64,000 bases of DNA, taken from contig CM119371.1 of the NCBI GenBank assembly GCA_051294905.1, forward strand, positions 40,054,001 through 40,118,000, read 5' to 3'. The DNA is from Botryllus schlosseri (lineage: Eukaryota). The notes below the pieces were generated by a model. The model saw nothing but the letters and a program-made list of their open reading frames with translations, was not told the DNA's origin and did not search any database. Below, piece after piece: positions 13,801 through 27,382 of the stretch. Position 1 is the first letter of the stretch. Every line of letters begins with the position of its first letter. Made by a program: the position numbers and the translations under genes.

Positions 13801-15046
13801 ATAAAATTATAATTAGAGCTACACAGTTTTTCCAAATAAGATTAGAATCAGAGCTATTCAGTTTTTTTTAAATAAAATTATAATTAGGGCTACACAGTTT
13901 TTTCCAAATAAGATGAGAATCAGAGCTATTCAGTTTTTTAAAATAAAATTATAATTAGAGCTACACAGTTTTTCCAAATAAGATTAGAATCAGAGCTATT
14001 CAGTTTTTTTTAAATAAAATTATAATTAGAGCTACACAGTACAAATAACATTAGGATTAGAATTAGAGCTACACATATTTTTTTTCCAAATAAGATTAGA
14101 ATCAGAGCTACACAGTTTTTTCCAAATAAGATTAGAATCAGAGCTACACAGTTTTTTCCAAATAAGATTAGAATCAGAGCTATTCAGTTTTTTTTTAAAT
14201 AAAATTATAATTAGAGCTACACAGTACAAATAACATTAGGATTAGAATTAGAGCTACACAGTTTTTTTTTTCCAAATAAGATTAGAATCAGAGCTATTGA
14301 GTGTTTTTAAATAAAATTATAATTAGGGCTACACAGTTTTTTCCAAATAAGATGAGAATCAGAGCTATTCAGTTTTTTAAAATAAAATTATAATTAGAGC
14401 TACACAGTTTTTCCAAATAAGATTAGAATCAGAGCTATTCAGTTTTTTTTAAATAAAATTATAATTAGAGCTACACAGTACAAATAACATTAGGATTAGA
14501 ATTAGAGCTACACATATTTTTTTTCCAAATAAGATTAGAATCAGAGCTACACAGTTTTTTCCAAATAAGATTAGAATCAGAGCTATTCAGTTTTTTTTTA
14601 ATAAAATTATAATTAGAGCTACACAGTACAAATAACATTAGGATTAGAATTTGAGCTACACAGTTTTTTTTTTCAAATAAGATTAGAATAGGAGCTATTC
14701 AGTTTTTTAAATAAAATTATAATTAGAGTTACACAGTTTTTTCCTAATAAGATTAGAATTAGAACTACACAGTTTTTTTCCATATCAGATTATAATTAGA
14801 GCTACAAAGTTTTTTTCAAATAAAATTATAATTAGAGCTACACAGTTTTTTTTCAAATAAGATTAGAATTAGAGTTACAGTTTTTTCCCAAACAAAATGA
14901 TATTTAGAGTTACAGTTTTTTTTTCCAAAAAAGATTAGGATTAGAATAAAAGCTACATAGTTTTTTTTTCAAATAAAATTATAATTAGAGATACATCGTT
15001 TTTTTTTTTTAAATTAGATTAGAATTAGAATTAGAGCTACACAGTA
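10864..15046. repeat. Tandem satellite of ~33-38-bp monomers in three variants forming higher-order repeats
   Basis: Units gagctacacagt(n)ccaaataagattagaatca, gagctattcagt(n)aaataaaattataatta and gagctacacagtacaaataacattaggattagaatta recur over ~4.2 kb. Confidence 0.97.
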
Positions 15047-16120
15047 GAGGTGTTCAAAAATGACCTTTTTTCAAATTCTATTGGCTATTTGATGAAACTG
15101 ATAGTTTACCTAATTGAAGCCTGCACACCAAGTTTGGCCAATTATTTTTTCATTGATATAAAAATCTTTAAAAAAATTCAAAATTTTCTGTCCATCTCAT
15201 GAGATTGTTCGGTTTTCTACAGAAACCATGTTCACCAAATTTGGCTCAATTCCAACCAGCGGAAGCGGAGTTATAGAGTATAAGTATATTGCCTGGACGC
15301 GCAATGGCTCAGACACTGACAAGACCGAGATGCTTAGGAAACGGCCCAGGGCGTCCTAGAGCGTTGTCAGGTATCGTGCGTAGCTCATATTGTTTAAAAT
15401 AAAATGAAGTTAAGTTTACGATCATGATATTTCTTGTTATATTTGTACTACTTCAATATAATATTACTTCCGATGTGGCAACCATGCACATCGCCCATGT
15501 TAGTGAGCACAGCGTTTTACTAACATAAGGTTTTAAAATGCGGTTTCTCAACTGTGTGGCCTATTTTGTCTCGATATTGCATTCTTGCGGCCCGCGGCCT
15601 CTACGAATTTTGAAAAGTGGCAGCGACCCGTTTTGAGTTGTCGACTTCTGCACTATACAGTTCTCCTGAATGGCCGTACGGTGCACGCAATGCGATGGCG
15701 ACTTGGCACCGGATCTCCCTGCAAAATGCCGCGGACAAATAGACATTTTCAGGAAAACAATAAACTGGATTAGAATTAGAATTAGAGCATAGAAGCATTA
15801 CACAAATTAGAGTAGAATTAGATTACTGGCATTTCGCTCTAAATTAGTGAGATTAGACAACTAGAATTATCTAGTTGTCCAAGTCTGATGGTGAGTTACG
15901 ATGTACTTCTACTTCTTAAAAGTACGAGGTTACTATCACAATTTTACACAAAAAGTAATGATTCAACCTACTTGTGACGTCATTCATCATTTTGCGTTAG
16001 TCGCGGACACGCATCTCGCAATTTAAAAGGCATCCAGCACCGATGAACTGGCGAATATTTGCGAACCGTCGACTAAAGATACTTTTGAAAACTATTTATT
16101 TCGAGTACCGTACTTATAAC

Positions 16121-16580
16121 TAGGGCTGGGCACAATGATTAGAGAACTGAAATCTGAATCGAGTATCAATTTCAATGATTCGAGTCGAGTAGTAAAACAC
16201 ATTTTTTCGAACGCTGAAATTATACGCTCCTCGCCACTGAAAGTTAATTTATCAATGAGAATGATAGTTTCGATACTAATTTTCACTGTTGAAGCCTTGA
16301 AACCTGGATTGGCCGGTTCGTAGCCCATTTCCGAATTCATGATCATCCCACAACATTGTCACCAAGTGCAATGCAATCGGTATGGTCAAAAAATACCTAA
16401 GTATCTTTCATGTGATGGATAACAGGCATTATATTCTTTGCGGTCGCCTAAAAGGTACAGATTTCAACTTTGACATAGTAGATTTTGTTATGACGTCATA
16501 GCGAGTGATACTCGATTACTCGAAGCGCATTACGTGATTCAGAATCGAATAACTCAGATACTCGATCTTGCCCAGGCCAA
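16121..16580 (+). mobile_element. hAT MITE (TAGGGCTGGGCA family)
   Basis: TIR tagggctgggca / tgcccaggccaa, TSD cttataac / cttataag; homologous to 33322-36014. Confidence 0.8.
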
Positions 16581-16763
16581 CTTATAAGATCTCACATTTT
16601 CCACTTTCACTTGAAGTAGTTTTATTAAGTCTTTTAAAGAGCCAGTTCTGATTGTAATCGCGTATAAATTCAACAAGTTGCTTCTACTTCTACTTGATTA
16701 GCAAGGCTGAGTACCTCGACCAGCTCTGCGTACACTCGATACTCGACTCGCAATATTGGAGAC

Positions 16764-18778
16764 TAGGGGTGTGCATTTCATCGGCTTTGTTGTTAAATCG
16801 TCAGGTTACCTAAAAAAACGATGCGCACCAAATTTGACCCAATTCCAACCAGTAGGGGCCGAGGTCACTCAAATTGAAATTTCGGTCATTTCTGAAATAA
16901 TGGTATTTACGGTGACCAATTTCGTCACACCGACATGACCCAAAATCGTGTTCCAGGTATGTCTGAAGTGGCAGGGATGTATTTTCCACTTGTTTTAATC
17001 TTGACAAGGGCATTTGGTTGGGTTTGGACAGGGTTGTATTGTAATGACTCGAGTCATGATTGGACTCGAGTCACAATTTTCTGATGACTCGACTTGACTC
17101 TTGTCATTTTGTCAAAATACGGAAATGAGTCGACTCGACTCGAGTAAATTTGTGTATTGACGCGACATGGACTAGAGTCATTGCGCATGACTCGAGCCAA
17201 GTCATATTACTCGAGACTCAGGCGGCCAAGACCGACATTTCATAGTAATTTCCAAGAATAGTCAAGTAACCACACTATTGGGATTTCGTCTTGGTACTGG
17301 TAGCCTTTCGGTACCTGAAAAAAGGGAGGAAAATTAGTATATTATAAATGCGAACCATTTGACTTGCGACCGGATTCCTTCTGACTTGGTTACAACCCTG
17401 GTTTCGGATGAAGACATCGCTAGTAAAAGAAAAAGATATGACACGGATTGCCTGAAAATTGGTCCACTTCATTGAAATCGACATGTTGAAACGATGGTGA
17501 GATAATTTTCAAATAGAGTACTTTACACACTGAAATTAATGACCACGAAAAGGAAATGAACTGACAAGAAGGTAAAATACAGGTAAATATATTCTCAAGT
17601 GATAGTCAAGTATATTCTGTCGGACCAATTTAGATTTCAAGACATCCATCCCAGTTATGCAAGGCGTACCGATGACTCTCTGCTTGATACAAAATTTTTA
17701 CTCATAGCAAAGTCGCCATTCCCAAAATCTCATCCACAAAGACATCAGTTGCATTCCTCAGCAGCTCCGTGTTCAGATATTTCTCTGCTACTTGACATTG
17801 ACTAATACAGGGCGTTAAAAATGGTGCTGATTGCAATTCAGAATGGGCTATGCCACTGAATCGTATTTATGAGTTGAAAAAAAAATTCTGATACTTCACA
17901 TAACGTTGATACCAGAATTTCTTATGTGCTCGAAACTTTGCGAGATTCAAGGAAACCAAATGGTAACCCAATGAGCTTATAAAGCACATTAGTCATTTAC
18001 TGGTCTTTCAATATCACCCGGGCCCCCTTGTCATACAGTAATGAAAAGCATTGGTGTTTTACCGCGATATATGGACACAATTCGATGGTAGTAACCGATA
18101 TGGAGGATGACATGAAGAGAGGACGATAACTTTTGATAGGGAGAAGATCTGTCCCGATGCCCATTAGTCCTATAAGTCACCTGTGTTATAGTACTATAGA
18201 AGTGCTGCAGAGCAAATAATAAAATATCATATAATATCAAATCGTATCGTGAAGAAATCTACAATGGACCGACAAAGATTATAGATATTGACTATCACTT
18301 GAGAAATATATTTGCCAGTGTTTTACATGCTTATTGTCAGTTCTTGTCTTTTTCGTGGCCGTTAATTTCAGTGTGTAAAGTACTCTATTTGAAAATTTTC
18401 TCACCATCGTTTTAAGGTCTCTATTTCAATAAAGTGGACCAATTTCCACGTAATACGTGCCACATCGTTTTTTCGTTTACTGGCGATGTCTTCATCTAAA
18501 TCCGACCATAGGCCCTTGTCAAGATCAAAACAAGTGGAAAATACATCCATGCTACTTCAGACATACCTTGAATACGATTTTTGGTCATGTCGGTGTGACG
18601 AAATTGGTCAGCGGAGATATCATTATTTAAAAAAATGACCAGAATTTCAATTTGAGTTACTTCGGCTTCTACTATTTGGAATTGAGTCAAATTTGGTATG
18701 AAACGTTTGTTTAGGTAACCTGACGATTTGACAACGAAGCCGATGAAATTTGAAAAAAAATATTTTTGAACGCCCCTA
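16764..18778. mobile_element. Foldback element (TAGGGGTGTTCAA family) with ~500-bp diverged inverted arms
   Basis: 16776-17020 mirrors 18500-18750 and 17408-17640 mirrors 18250-18497; termini taggggtg / cgccccta. Confidence 0.8.
17029..17400 (+). mobile_element. hAT MITE (CAGGGTTGTAA family) nested in the foldback left arm
   Basis: TIR cagggttgta / tacaaccctg; degenerate TSD ggtttgga / gtttcgga; the opposite arm shows the empty site. Confidence 0.85.
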
Positions 18779-19232
18779 TCGAGACGCAAGATGAGGGAGC
18801 ATTGACAAAACAAATTTTGATTGAAAAATATGTCTTGATGAACTGTGCATCGTATATTTACTGAAAATATTAAATTAAATATTTTATATGTTTTTCCCAA
18901 TAAATATAGTAAAACTTGAGATTCCGAAACACCATATCAACTCTACTTGAATTGCAACAGAAAGTCATTCCGTGCAGATCTGAAAAGAAATAGCGCATAT
19001 GCACACGAAACACCCCGAATTATGCTTGATTCAGGCAAGCACAAGAAATCATTCTATTCCTGATATCTGTTATATAGTCAGACAATGATGACTTGATTAC
19101 CTCCTTCCGGATAAAGTATGGATGAAAGTAGATGAAGAAAATATAAAAGAATCGGTTACCACGATTCAATGTTCAAGTTTGAACCAAACTTGAATCTATA
19201 TATTTATGAGAAGAAAAATATCAGTAACTGAC

Positions 19233-19388
19233 CTTTTCCAATTTGCAATCTGATAACTGCCGCAAATCATCCAGCTTGGCCAACAGTTGTCGTTGTTCGT
19301 CAAATTTGATAATTTCTGCATCGAAAAGTATCCCGAGAAATACCACGTCAGCTACGTAATCAATACGGTCGAAAGACAGAACAGATTT
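19233..19388 (-). CDS. Candidate phase 0-0 exon (KSVLSFDRIDYVADVVFLGILFDAEIIKFDEQRQLLAKLDDLRQLSDCKLEK), likely part of the NACHT gene
   Basis: Acceptor cattttcacag, donor gtcagt, 156 nt open. Confidence 0.5.
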
Positions 19389-20531
19389 CTGTGAAAATGT
19401 TGTCAGTTACATCACATCCTACGTAGGCCTACGAGTCATTCTCAGAGATACGATCAATCATGAGAGAATATTGTCACTTCATATAGCCGCTGCGGGTGAG
19501 GCGATTGCAACTCATTATCAGAACATAGCTTGCAAAACGAGTCGTCTGAAATTGCGCACATGAACCACGCAACCGCTACATGAATTATATTGACTGAGAC
19601 GTTAATAGAAATATCAGATCCATCCATATCTATTTTGCGCAAAGTGTCACCAAATTCTTGACTCTCTTTAAAAACAATCACTGAATTTCTCCGTCATGGT
19701 CTTTCTCTCTCTCTTATTGGAAGTTCATAATACTTCTACTATACGAACTGTAAATGGCGAAAAGTTAAGTTAGTGGATCACGAAATATGACAACGTACAA
19801 GTAGAAGTAGAGCCACAGAAAATTTGATTTACTTGAGTGAGTACTACAAGTAGAGGTAAATACTTGAGTACTTTGAAAAAGTTGAAGTTCCACCTCTGGA
19901 TTTGAATTAATAGAATACTCCCAATCAACCTATCATTGTATCGCATGGTTATTTAAATTGAATAAAGTCGACTAAAGTTTGATAGGTGATTTGAATTTAG
20001 TGATATTAAATATCCGATTCCAAATCGTAGCCTTCTCTCGGGTATGACCTGATGATGATATTGTCAAGTGCTGCCTACGCCATAATAACGCTCATAATTA
20101 CGTCATAAGCTACAGCCTGGCTACACTACACCGTGAATCCATTGCTGTATGTGACTATTATGTTGCTTTACAGCAGGGGTGGGCAAACTACAGCCCGCGG
20201 GCCGCATGCGGCACGCTACGCCGTTCTGTGCGGCCCGCAAGAGTCTCAAGAAACATTTCAAAAATTTTGATAAAATGCGTACTAAAAATCGAACTGATGC
20301 AGGGACTTGACTAACCTTTTCCTAGTATATTTCACCATGATAATTCTAAGACAGTGGTTTTCAAACCCCCCTGGAAGGCGTGAAAGCATCTGAAGGAGGG
20401 CGCGAAGCTGAGCACAACTGGGAAAAATGTTTGCTCTCCGTGCGATTTACATCCTATTCCTAGGTATTGATATGTATTTAGTATGAATTACAGAAGCGTA
20501 GAAGCGTGTTTGAAACTAACATGGTTATGAT

Positions 20532-21540
20532 TAGGGCCATTTAAAGTCATTAAAGTCATATTTTTTTCTATGCATCAGTAAGTCGTGAAATCAATTTTAA
20601 CGCAAAAATCGCATCCATATGGGGTATATTAAGAAAGTTATAAAGTCATATAAAGTCATATTTTCCTGGTTAGGTCATATTTGAGTTATAAAGTCATATT
20701 GTTGTATACTTTCAATAAAAAGTGCCAATAGAAGCAATTACGCACTAAGAAAGTAAGGCAATTTCTGATTGAACGAAGGCAAACTGTAAGGTTAGCCTAC
20801 ATGACATTACAGTCGCTGACCGATGAGGTCACACATTGTATTATGAGGTCACACATTGCATTGTGTTGCCACACAATCTGTTTTACTTCTGTGCACTGGA
20901 GTGGGACGTCATTTGAAGTTCAGAGACTTCCACAAGCGAAAGAAATAGTCAACTCGTGGGAAGCTGAAGGAGTTATTGTAAAGAGCGTCAAAGATTCATT
21001 GAATGATCCAAAGTTGACAAGTCAGTTAACAGAAATATGCCTCCACTACAACAAAATTTCAAACTTGATACTGAAAATGAGGCTCATGTTGATCTAAATG
21101 CCCTCGATTTCGGAAAGGATCCACTTGAGCTCAAAAATTACATTAAGAAGCGATTAGACAAAAACGATGTGAAACAAATTATGGAGCTACAATACAAAGA
21201 CAAGACATTTCACCAGCGCCGTATGCAAAACTGCAGAAGTGTCAACCAACATCAGCGTCTGTGGAGCGCTCATTTTCCTTACTCAAGTCATTTTACGTCC
21301 AAATCGTAACTTTAAAGACTCCAACATTCCACACTACATGAAACTGTACTACAAAAGTGGTTTAAAATAAAAATGGATGTGTAATAATGTTATGTTGTTC
21401 ATGTTTTACTCGTCAGTTCCATGAGTGACGTTGGTTTTATGTAAAAATACGCGATTTTCGCATAAAGTCATATAAAGTCATATTTTACCAGAAATAAAGT
21501 CATATAATTGATTTTTTAAGGTCATATAAAAATGGCCCTA
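20532..21540 (+). mobile_element. Internally deleted hAT element
   Basis: TIR tagggccattt / aaatggcccta, perfect TSD GTTATGAT, AAAGTCATA subterminal repeats. Confidence 0.9.
20890..21370 (+). pseudogene. C-terminal hAT transposase remnant (resembles the CGGBP1-related group)
   Basis: Frameshifted translation gives ...LNDPKLTSQL...LDFGKDPLELKNYIKKRL...KLQKCQPTSASVERSFSLLKS..RPNRNFKDSN, the hAT dimerization motif. Confidence 0.75.
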
Positions 21541-22395
21541 GTTATGATGCTGTCAGCATTGTATGTCCTGGAACTGAGCCGAAAGTTGAATTACTAGGAA
21601 TCGGGCCAACCGACTTTCATCTCTATAGTTTTGACAAATTGGTGATTGAGGTCCGCCAGCCTATCAAATCTCGCCACTATATCTTTCTGACGCGTGTACG
21701 ATATCATCAAAGCAATATTTGGATTGTTTTGAATAAGCACATATATTGTCTCCATGTCCTCACTATATTGCGTTTTGGTCTATAATCCAAATTTTATCTA
21801 GTGCGGCCTGCGATTGAATTCAGATGTTGAATGCGGCCCGCGAGCTCAAAAGCTTGCCCACCCCTGCTTTAGCAGCTTTGTAATGAAGTCGGTGAAATAA
21901 ACAGACATCTGATCATCAGCATGAGCCCCGTTAATATAAAATACTAAATTTTATTTTGTCTATGGCTCTGGAACCCCCAAAATTGCAGTTTTGCATTGTG
22001 ACGGAGTTTGGCATTGTGACATTGCTGCTTGGTTCCCTGTTCCTGATCTGCAGTATCGTTTTGTCAGACAACATTGTTGCGTCACAATGCCAAACAACAA
22101 CACAATGTAAAATATGAAGCAGATTTTGGGGGGTTCCAGTGCCATGGGCAAAATAGAATTTATATTTCCGTAATCGGTACAGCAGTTGCTTTCTATTGGT
22201 ACCCGTTTAATCAAATTTTCCACTCGGCAAGTCGGTCAAAATTGACCTTAGATTGCCTTTGGCCAAAGGGAATGTATGACGTATCCCCAATGCAGTGAGC
22301 CGTTCAATCTCACTGTGTCCACACCATATATAGGTCACTATGGTGAATTGAACAAAGATCTGGTCATCATGATGTCATGATGTCATCATTCCAAC

Positions 22396-22494
22396 CTTAA
22401 TGGTAAAGTGACCGCTAACATCGTCAGTTATCTCGATGACATCTTCTCCGTTCTTCAAATCAAAACCCGATCCTTCTGAAGACAGCTTGACAAC
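22396..22494 (-). CDS. Candidate phase 0-0 exon (VVKLSSEGSGFDLKNGEDVIEITDDVSGHFTIK)
   Basis: Acceptor aattttcag, weak donor gttgga, 99 nt open. Confidence 0.4.
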
Positions 22495-22767
22495 CTGAAA
22501 ATTGTTAAGAAACTCGATTATTCCATCATCCACCGACACGGTACACTGATTTAACGAGAGAAATCGAGGAAAATTCTGCATAATAAGCCAAAAATCACAC
22601 CGGTTAATACAGTCGACTTGTAACTAAACTGTAAGCACCACTAACGGTATTCCAGCATTTACACTAATTCACGAGACATTTTTGAGGGATTTTCGTCTTA
22701 ATAATCGGCGCGCGAAATAGGACAGTTTGTGATTGTGAGCATGTATATAGGTAATTATATATATATA

Positions 22768-23360
22768 AAGGTAGTTCAAAAATAACTTTTTTTTTGGATC
22801 CCCAGGATTCACTGATTACATTGTTAGGTTGCCTAAAAAAAAAACCTGCGCACTAAATTTGGCTCAATTCCTACCAGTAGAGGGCGAGGCAGAGCCAGTT
22901 GAAAATAATTATTTTTAATAACATTTACTGTAATCCTCATGAAATTGTTGAGTTGTCTACGCAAACGATGCGAAACAAATTTGACGTAACTCCAACCCAT
23001 TGAAGCCAAGTTATTTGAGTTTTTCATTAATAATTTTCGATTTTCCCACCGACAATGCAATTTTTGCAAATTTAAAACTTTCAACTGCAATAACTTCGCT
23101 TCTGCCGGTTGGAATGGAGCAAAAATTGTCATGCTTTGTTCTTTTAGGCAACTGAACAATTTTATGCAGGTGGCAGTAAAAGTTGAAAAATTTATTTTTC
23201 AATTTTGGTATAATAAATTCAGGATTTCAATTGGCTCTGCGTCGGCTTATACTGGTTGTAGTCGAGCCAAATTTGGTGCGCAGCGATTATTTAACGAACC
23301 TAACAATTTAATCAGTGAATCTCAGAAATCTGGAAAACAAGTTATTTTTGAACAATCCTA
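22768..23360. mobile_element. Palindromic MITE (TAGGGGTGTTCAA family, diverged)
   Basis: gttcaaaaataac mirrors gttatttttgaac; internal inverted arms. Confidence 0.7.
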
Positions 23361-25209
23361 ATGTACAAATGTTTATTGTATAATATTGTATGCATGAGCA
23401 GACCTGATATGGCATGATAGTGACTTCTACTATACTTTTACACTGTTATTATCGGCAAACAATTTGCGGATGCGATGTCAGAGCTCACTCTAGAATTGCC
23501 GTGCTCCCAGTAATGTTGCTTGTTACTAAGGTAGTCGGTGACCAAGTACTTCTACTTTTTGAAGTACACAAGTCGTTTTCGACTACTTCCAGTACTTACT
23601 CTAATATTTTGCTACTTCCACTTCTACTTCATATTAGTTTGCAACTTACATACTTTTCACTATTTACAGTTTGTGAATTAAATGATTATATTATTCCAAT
23701 AGAGAGAGAGAATGAGACTAAAAAAATTTAGTGACGTTTTTTGTCGAGTATGAAAAATAATTCACATATCACAAAAGTTAAAAAAGTTCGGAATGTTCGT
23801 TGTGCTTCGAGCGAAATAGATATGGAGCGACAAAAATGTTTTCATGGAACTGTTGGTCAGTATCATTTAGGTAGGTTCATTTCATAACATACTTTCGCCT
23901 GTATGACACGTTTCATCACAGTCAATATGGCTCAGAAAAAATATTTTTTCTGAGCCAATCTCATCGTAATCTTGCATTCTAGCCGCACAGCGAGTGCTCA
24001 AACAGGGAAAAGGTGGTCCTTGACTTTTTAGCGCTAGACCGTTGAGCGTCAACCACCGTTGAAACCGCCTGAAACCTGTTTTAAATACTGTAGTTGAATT
24101 TCTCTCCATGCACGGTATCATTACAGTTGGTTTTTTAATTAATCTTAGTTCTTTTGTCCGAGACACACACGCATAGAAGTGTAATATTACGAAGTAAATT
24201 GAAACGTGAATGGCATTATACAATCTACCCTATTGTTGTTTCATGTAACAATCATCGCACAAATCAGTAATACGGTTTCTGATACAACTCCGTATCGCTT
24301 TTCGCCTCAACTACGGGTTTTATAATACTGCAGAGGGCATAATTCCATGACATTATCTGAAATCGAGCTCTGGGGTAAACAAAAGTTGAGAGCCGCTTCT
24401 CTGCAGCAAAACGATCATTTGCATCCCACGATGCGGTCTAATTCTTATGTTAGGAAACTTTGCACTGAGCAGCAAGAATCCATCTCTCTGTGCCATTCGA
24501 AGGGCCCAGTTTCGGCTTTATTTATGACTGCTTCTCACAACTACTTACTCCTTCGCTTACATGAGTACATTTTAGCTTCGCTACTCCTAATTCTACTTGA
24601 GGTAGTTATAGGATGCTTAAAAAACGGATACGTTTACTCATACTGAAGTAAATTTTAGCTTCGCTACTTCTACTCCTACTTGACTAGATTACTTGACTGC
24701 ATTGGTCACCTCTGCTTGTTACTCGCACAGTGCATTTCGCAGTGGCATGTGGCATTGGAACACGCAACTGGGACATAATTTGTAAAAAATATTGATGCCC
24801 AGATTATGAATTCATTCGAGTTGCCAATAAAGTTGAACGCCGAATAACTGACAGGTTTCGAGAACGCCAATATCGAACTTCAATCAATTGTGTATTTAGT
24901 AGCAAGCTGATTTCTGTTTTAGGTCTCGACATGTGCTAAGCGCTCGAATTGCTACTCTATGTGACTCACCATTTCACTGAATTCAGTTGCATAGCACGAT
25001 ATTAATGAGTCGTGTGAATATGAAAACATCAAATCCATGATAAATGTACGTCTTGTGGATGAATGCAGATGGCATGCAGCGGAATGCCGTCTCTAGCGAC
25101 TATGACGTCACAGATCATGAGTGATTATGACGTCACAAGTCGCCGCACACCCACATAAAAGTACGCCTACACTTGTTTGTACGCAACTACATCTTAGAAT
25201 CTAACTCAC

Positions 25210-25314
25210 TTCCCAATCCAAATTTCCCGATAGCGACTCAATCCGATGATGTCCAAGTAATGAGCGTAGTGCTGTTGCTGAGAATTTGTTGAATTTCAAT
25301 ATCACTTCCTTCAC
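25210..25314 (-). CDS. Candidate LRR-like phase 0-0 exon (VKEVILKFNKFSATALRSLLGHHRIESLSGNLDWE)
   Basis: Acceptor atttctatcttttcag, donor gtgagt, 105 nt open, LxxLxLxxN-like pattern. Confidence 0.55.
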
Positions 25315-27157
25315 CTGAAAAGATAGAAATATGTTATGAAGTGTTGACTAAAACCAAGTCTGAAAGTCAGTTTGACATCAAGTCATTAGCGTCAAAAAAC
25401 AAAGTAACTGAGCCGCAATCTATTCGCTTTACGATTGAAGGATCTTCGATGTAGCCGACATTACAAAGTGATATCTTAAAGGTGGTGATATCAGCGACTG
25501 TCAGTGAATAAAATATCCATTGCGAGTGTTTGCGACTAATGTCATGTAGTGATATCATGCCATTCATTACCATTATATTTGGAATAATTTAAAAATTCAT
25601 ATTCGCTATGCCTTTAAATTCCAAGAATAGGAGTCGATTCCAGATTTACATAATTGTGCGTGTGAGCAGCAATCCCTTACATATTGAACGATATGAAAAA
25701 ATGGGTCATATTGGAGATTACTGAAGAAATTTCGACCAACATTCATGAGAAAATGATTTGACAGGAGTAATATTATTATTATACAAATACCCGTATGTGT
25801 TCCGAAAATATTCAAATAATTCTGCGAAGATGGAAAGCCAATATTTACATTTAAATCATTTTATAAAGACACCAGAAAGATTATAAACAAAATTTCTACG
25901 ACCAAAGACGGAAAAATATAGATTCCTCCATGAAGGCAAACTAAAGACACTCAATTTCATCAAATTCACTGTTCTGACGCACAAGGACTGAGCAGGCGAT
26001 GATCACTTTCGTTGATGCGTTACAAGACTATTAATAATACCAGGGGCAGCGTTCAGCCCGCCAATTGTTCCGCTCAGGTCCGGATTCAGTTGCACATGTA
26101 AAAAGTTGGCAAGAAACCCAACCTGCCATGTCAGTGGTTCTCAAACTTTTTGGACACGCCCTCCTTGATGGTAGTGAAAAATTCCGCGCCACCTTATCGC
26201 CATATCAAAAAAAAAAAATTAAAAAGTGCAACAAGAATACTTGCAATCCCAACGCATAGTCTGGTGGTATGTAACGTTATGACTCTTGAGATACCTTTAA
26301 AATATCAAATTGGGACTAAAGACCAGGGATGGCTGCTAACCTTTCCAGCCAAAGCGTCACAGGAGATTTACGAACCATTGCGCGGGCCACTTGAAAATTG
26401 ATGACCTGTTAGTAGTCGTCCAATAAGAGCGAACCGCATTAGGTAACGGTGAAAACAAGACTTATATTACAACGCACCAAAATCGATAGCAATTATGTCA
26501 TTAAAACCTAGTAATAGCCTCGCGAAGCGAGTAATTTTTTCTAAGTTATGAATGAATTCCGTCAATAATAATGGTACTTGCATTTATTGCTTGTCGCCTC
26601 TGTATACCGCTGGGCTCATTTGGCAAGGATTGGATTATTCAGGACGTGGACATATCAATATTGAAGATTTTAGCGAACATGCGTCCATCATTTTGTACCA
26701 AGGTGTCATCGCCGACAATCTTTCTGCGAGTGTAGACATGTAGAGTTGTAGACGCATGTCGGACGACAATCTTTCTGCGGGTGTAGACATGTAGACGCAT
26801 GTCGGACGACACTTTTTCTCATAATTGTGCATATAGCTACACTCAATTAACTGTAAATTGGGCGTATTATGAAATTTCAGGAGGGGTACCAAGATACCAG
26901 GGTTGTAATGACTCGACTCGAGTCACGATTTTCTGATGACTCGACTCGAGTCATTTTCTCAAAATACAGAAATGACTCGACTCGAGTCTATCTGTGTATT
27001 GACTCGAGTCATTACACATGACTCGAACCAAGTCATATGACTCGAGAAGCAGACGGCCAAGACCAACATTTCATTGTAATTTCCAAGAATAGTTGAACAG
27101 CTTCTTTGAGGTACAGAACTTCAATATACAATTGAATAGTATATTCATATTAAATGA

Positions 27158-27191
27158 ACCCGAATATTTTCGGCTGACACTCGTCAGGGGT
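27158..27191 (-). ncRNA. Minimal type I hammerhead ribozyme motif
   Basis: ACCC-CUGACGA-G(UGUCAGC)C-GAAA-AUAU-UC-GGGU on the minus strand. Confidence 0.55.
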
Positions 27192-27348
27192 AATCGTCAG
27201 CAACTAGTAGAGAATTCGAAAGAATCAGCGTATATCAACAATCGTAACACAAAATATGACGACATTTCATGCTGGTGACGTCATATTTTGTGTTACGATT
27301 GTTGATATACGCTGATTCTTTCGAATTCTCTACTAGTTGCTGACGATT

Positions 27349-27382
27349 ACCCCTGACGAGTGTCAGCCGAAAATATTCGGGT
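27349..27382 (+). ncRNA. Minimal type I hammerhead ribozyme motif
   Basis: Stem I ACCC/GGGU, core CUGACGA and GAAA, 1-bp stem II, palindromic stem III AAUAUU, UUC cleavage triplet ending at 27378. Confidence 0.55.

Larger units (their letters stand above)
20174..21866. mobile_element. hAT-like element with a nested hAT
   Basis: TIR caggggtgggcaa / ttgcccacccctg, GCGGCCCGC subterminal motifs, flanks ctttacag / ctttagca. Confidence 0.8.

Noticed and set aside
10864..15046. CRISPR-like array or coding repeat (ORF 14032-14229)
   Set aside because: No unique spacers, no cas genes, eukaryotic context; a plain satellite.
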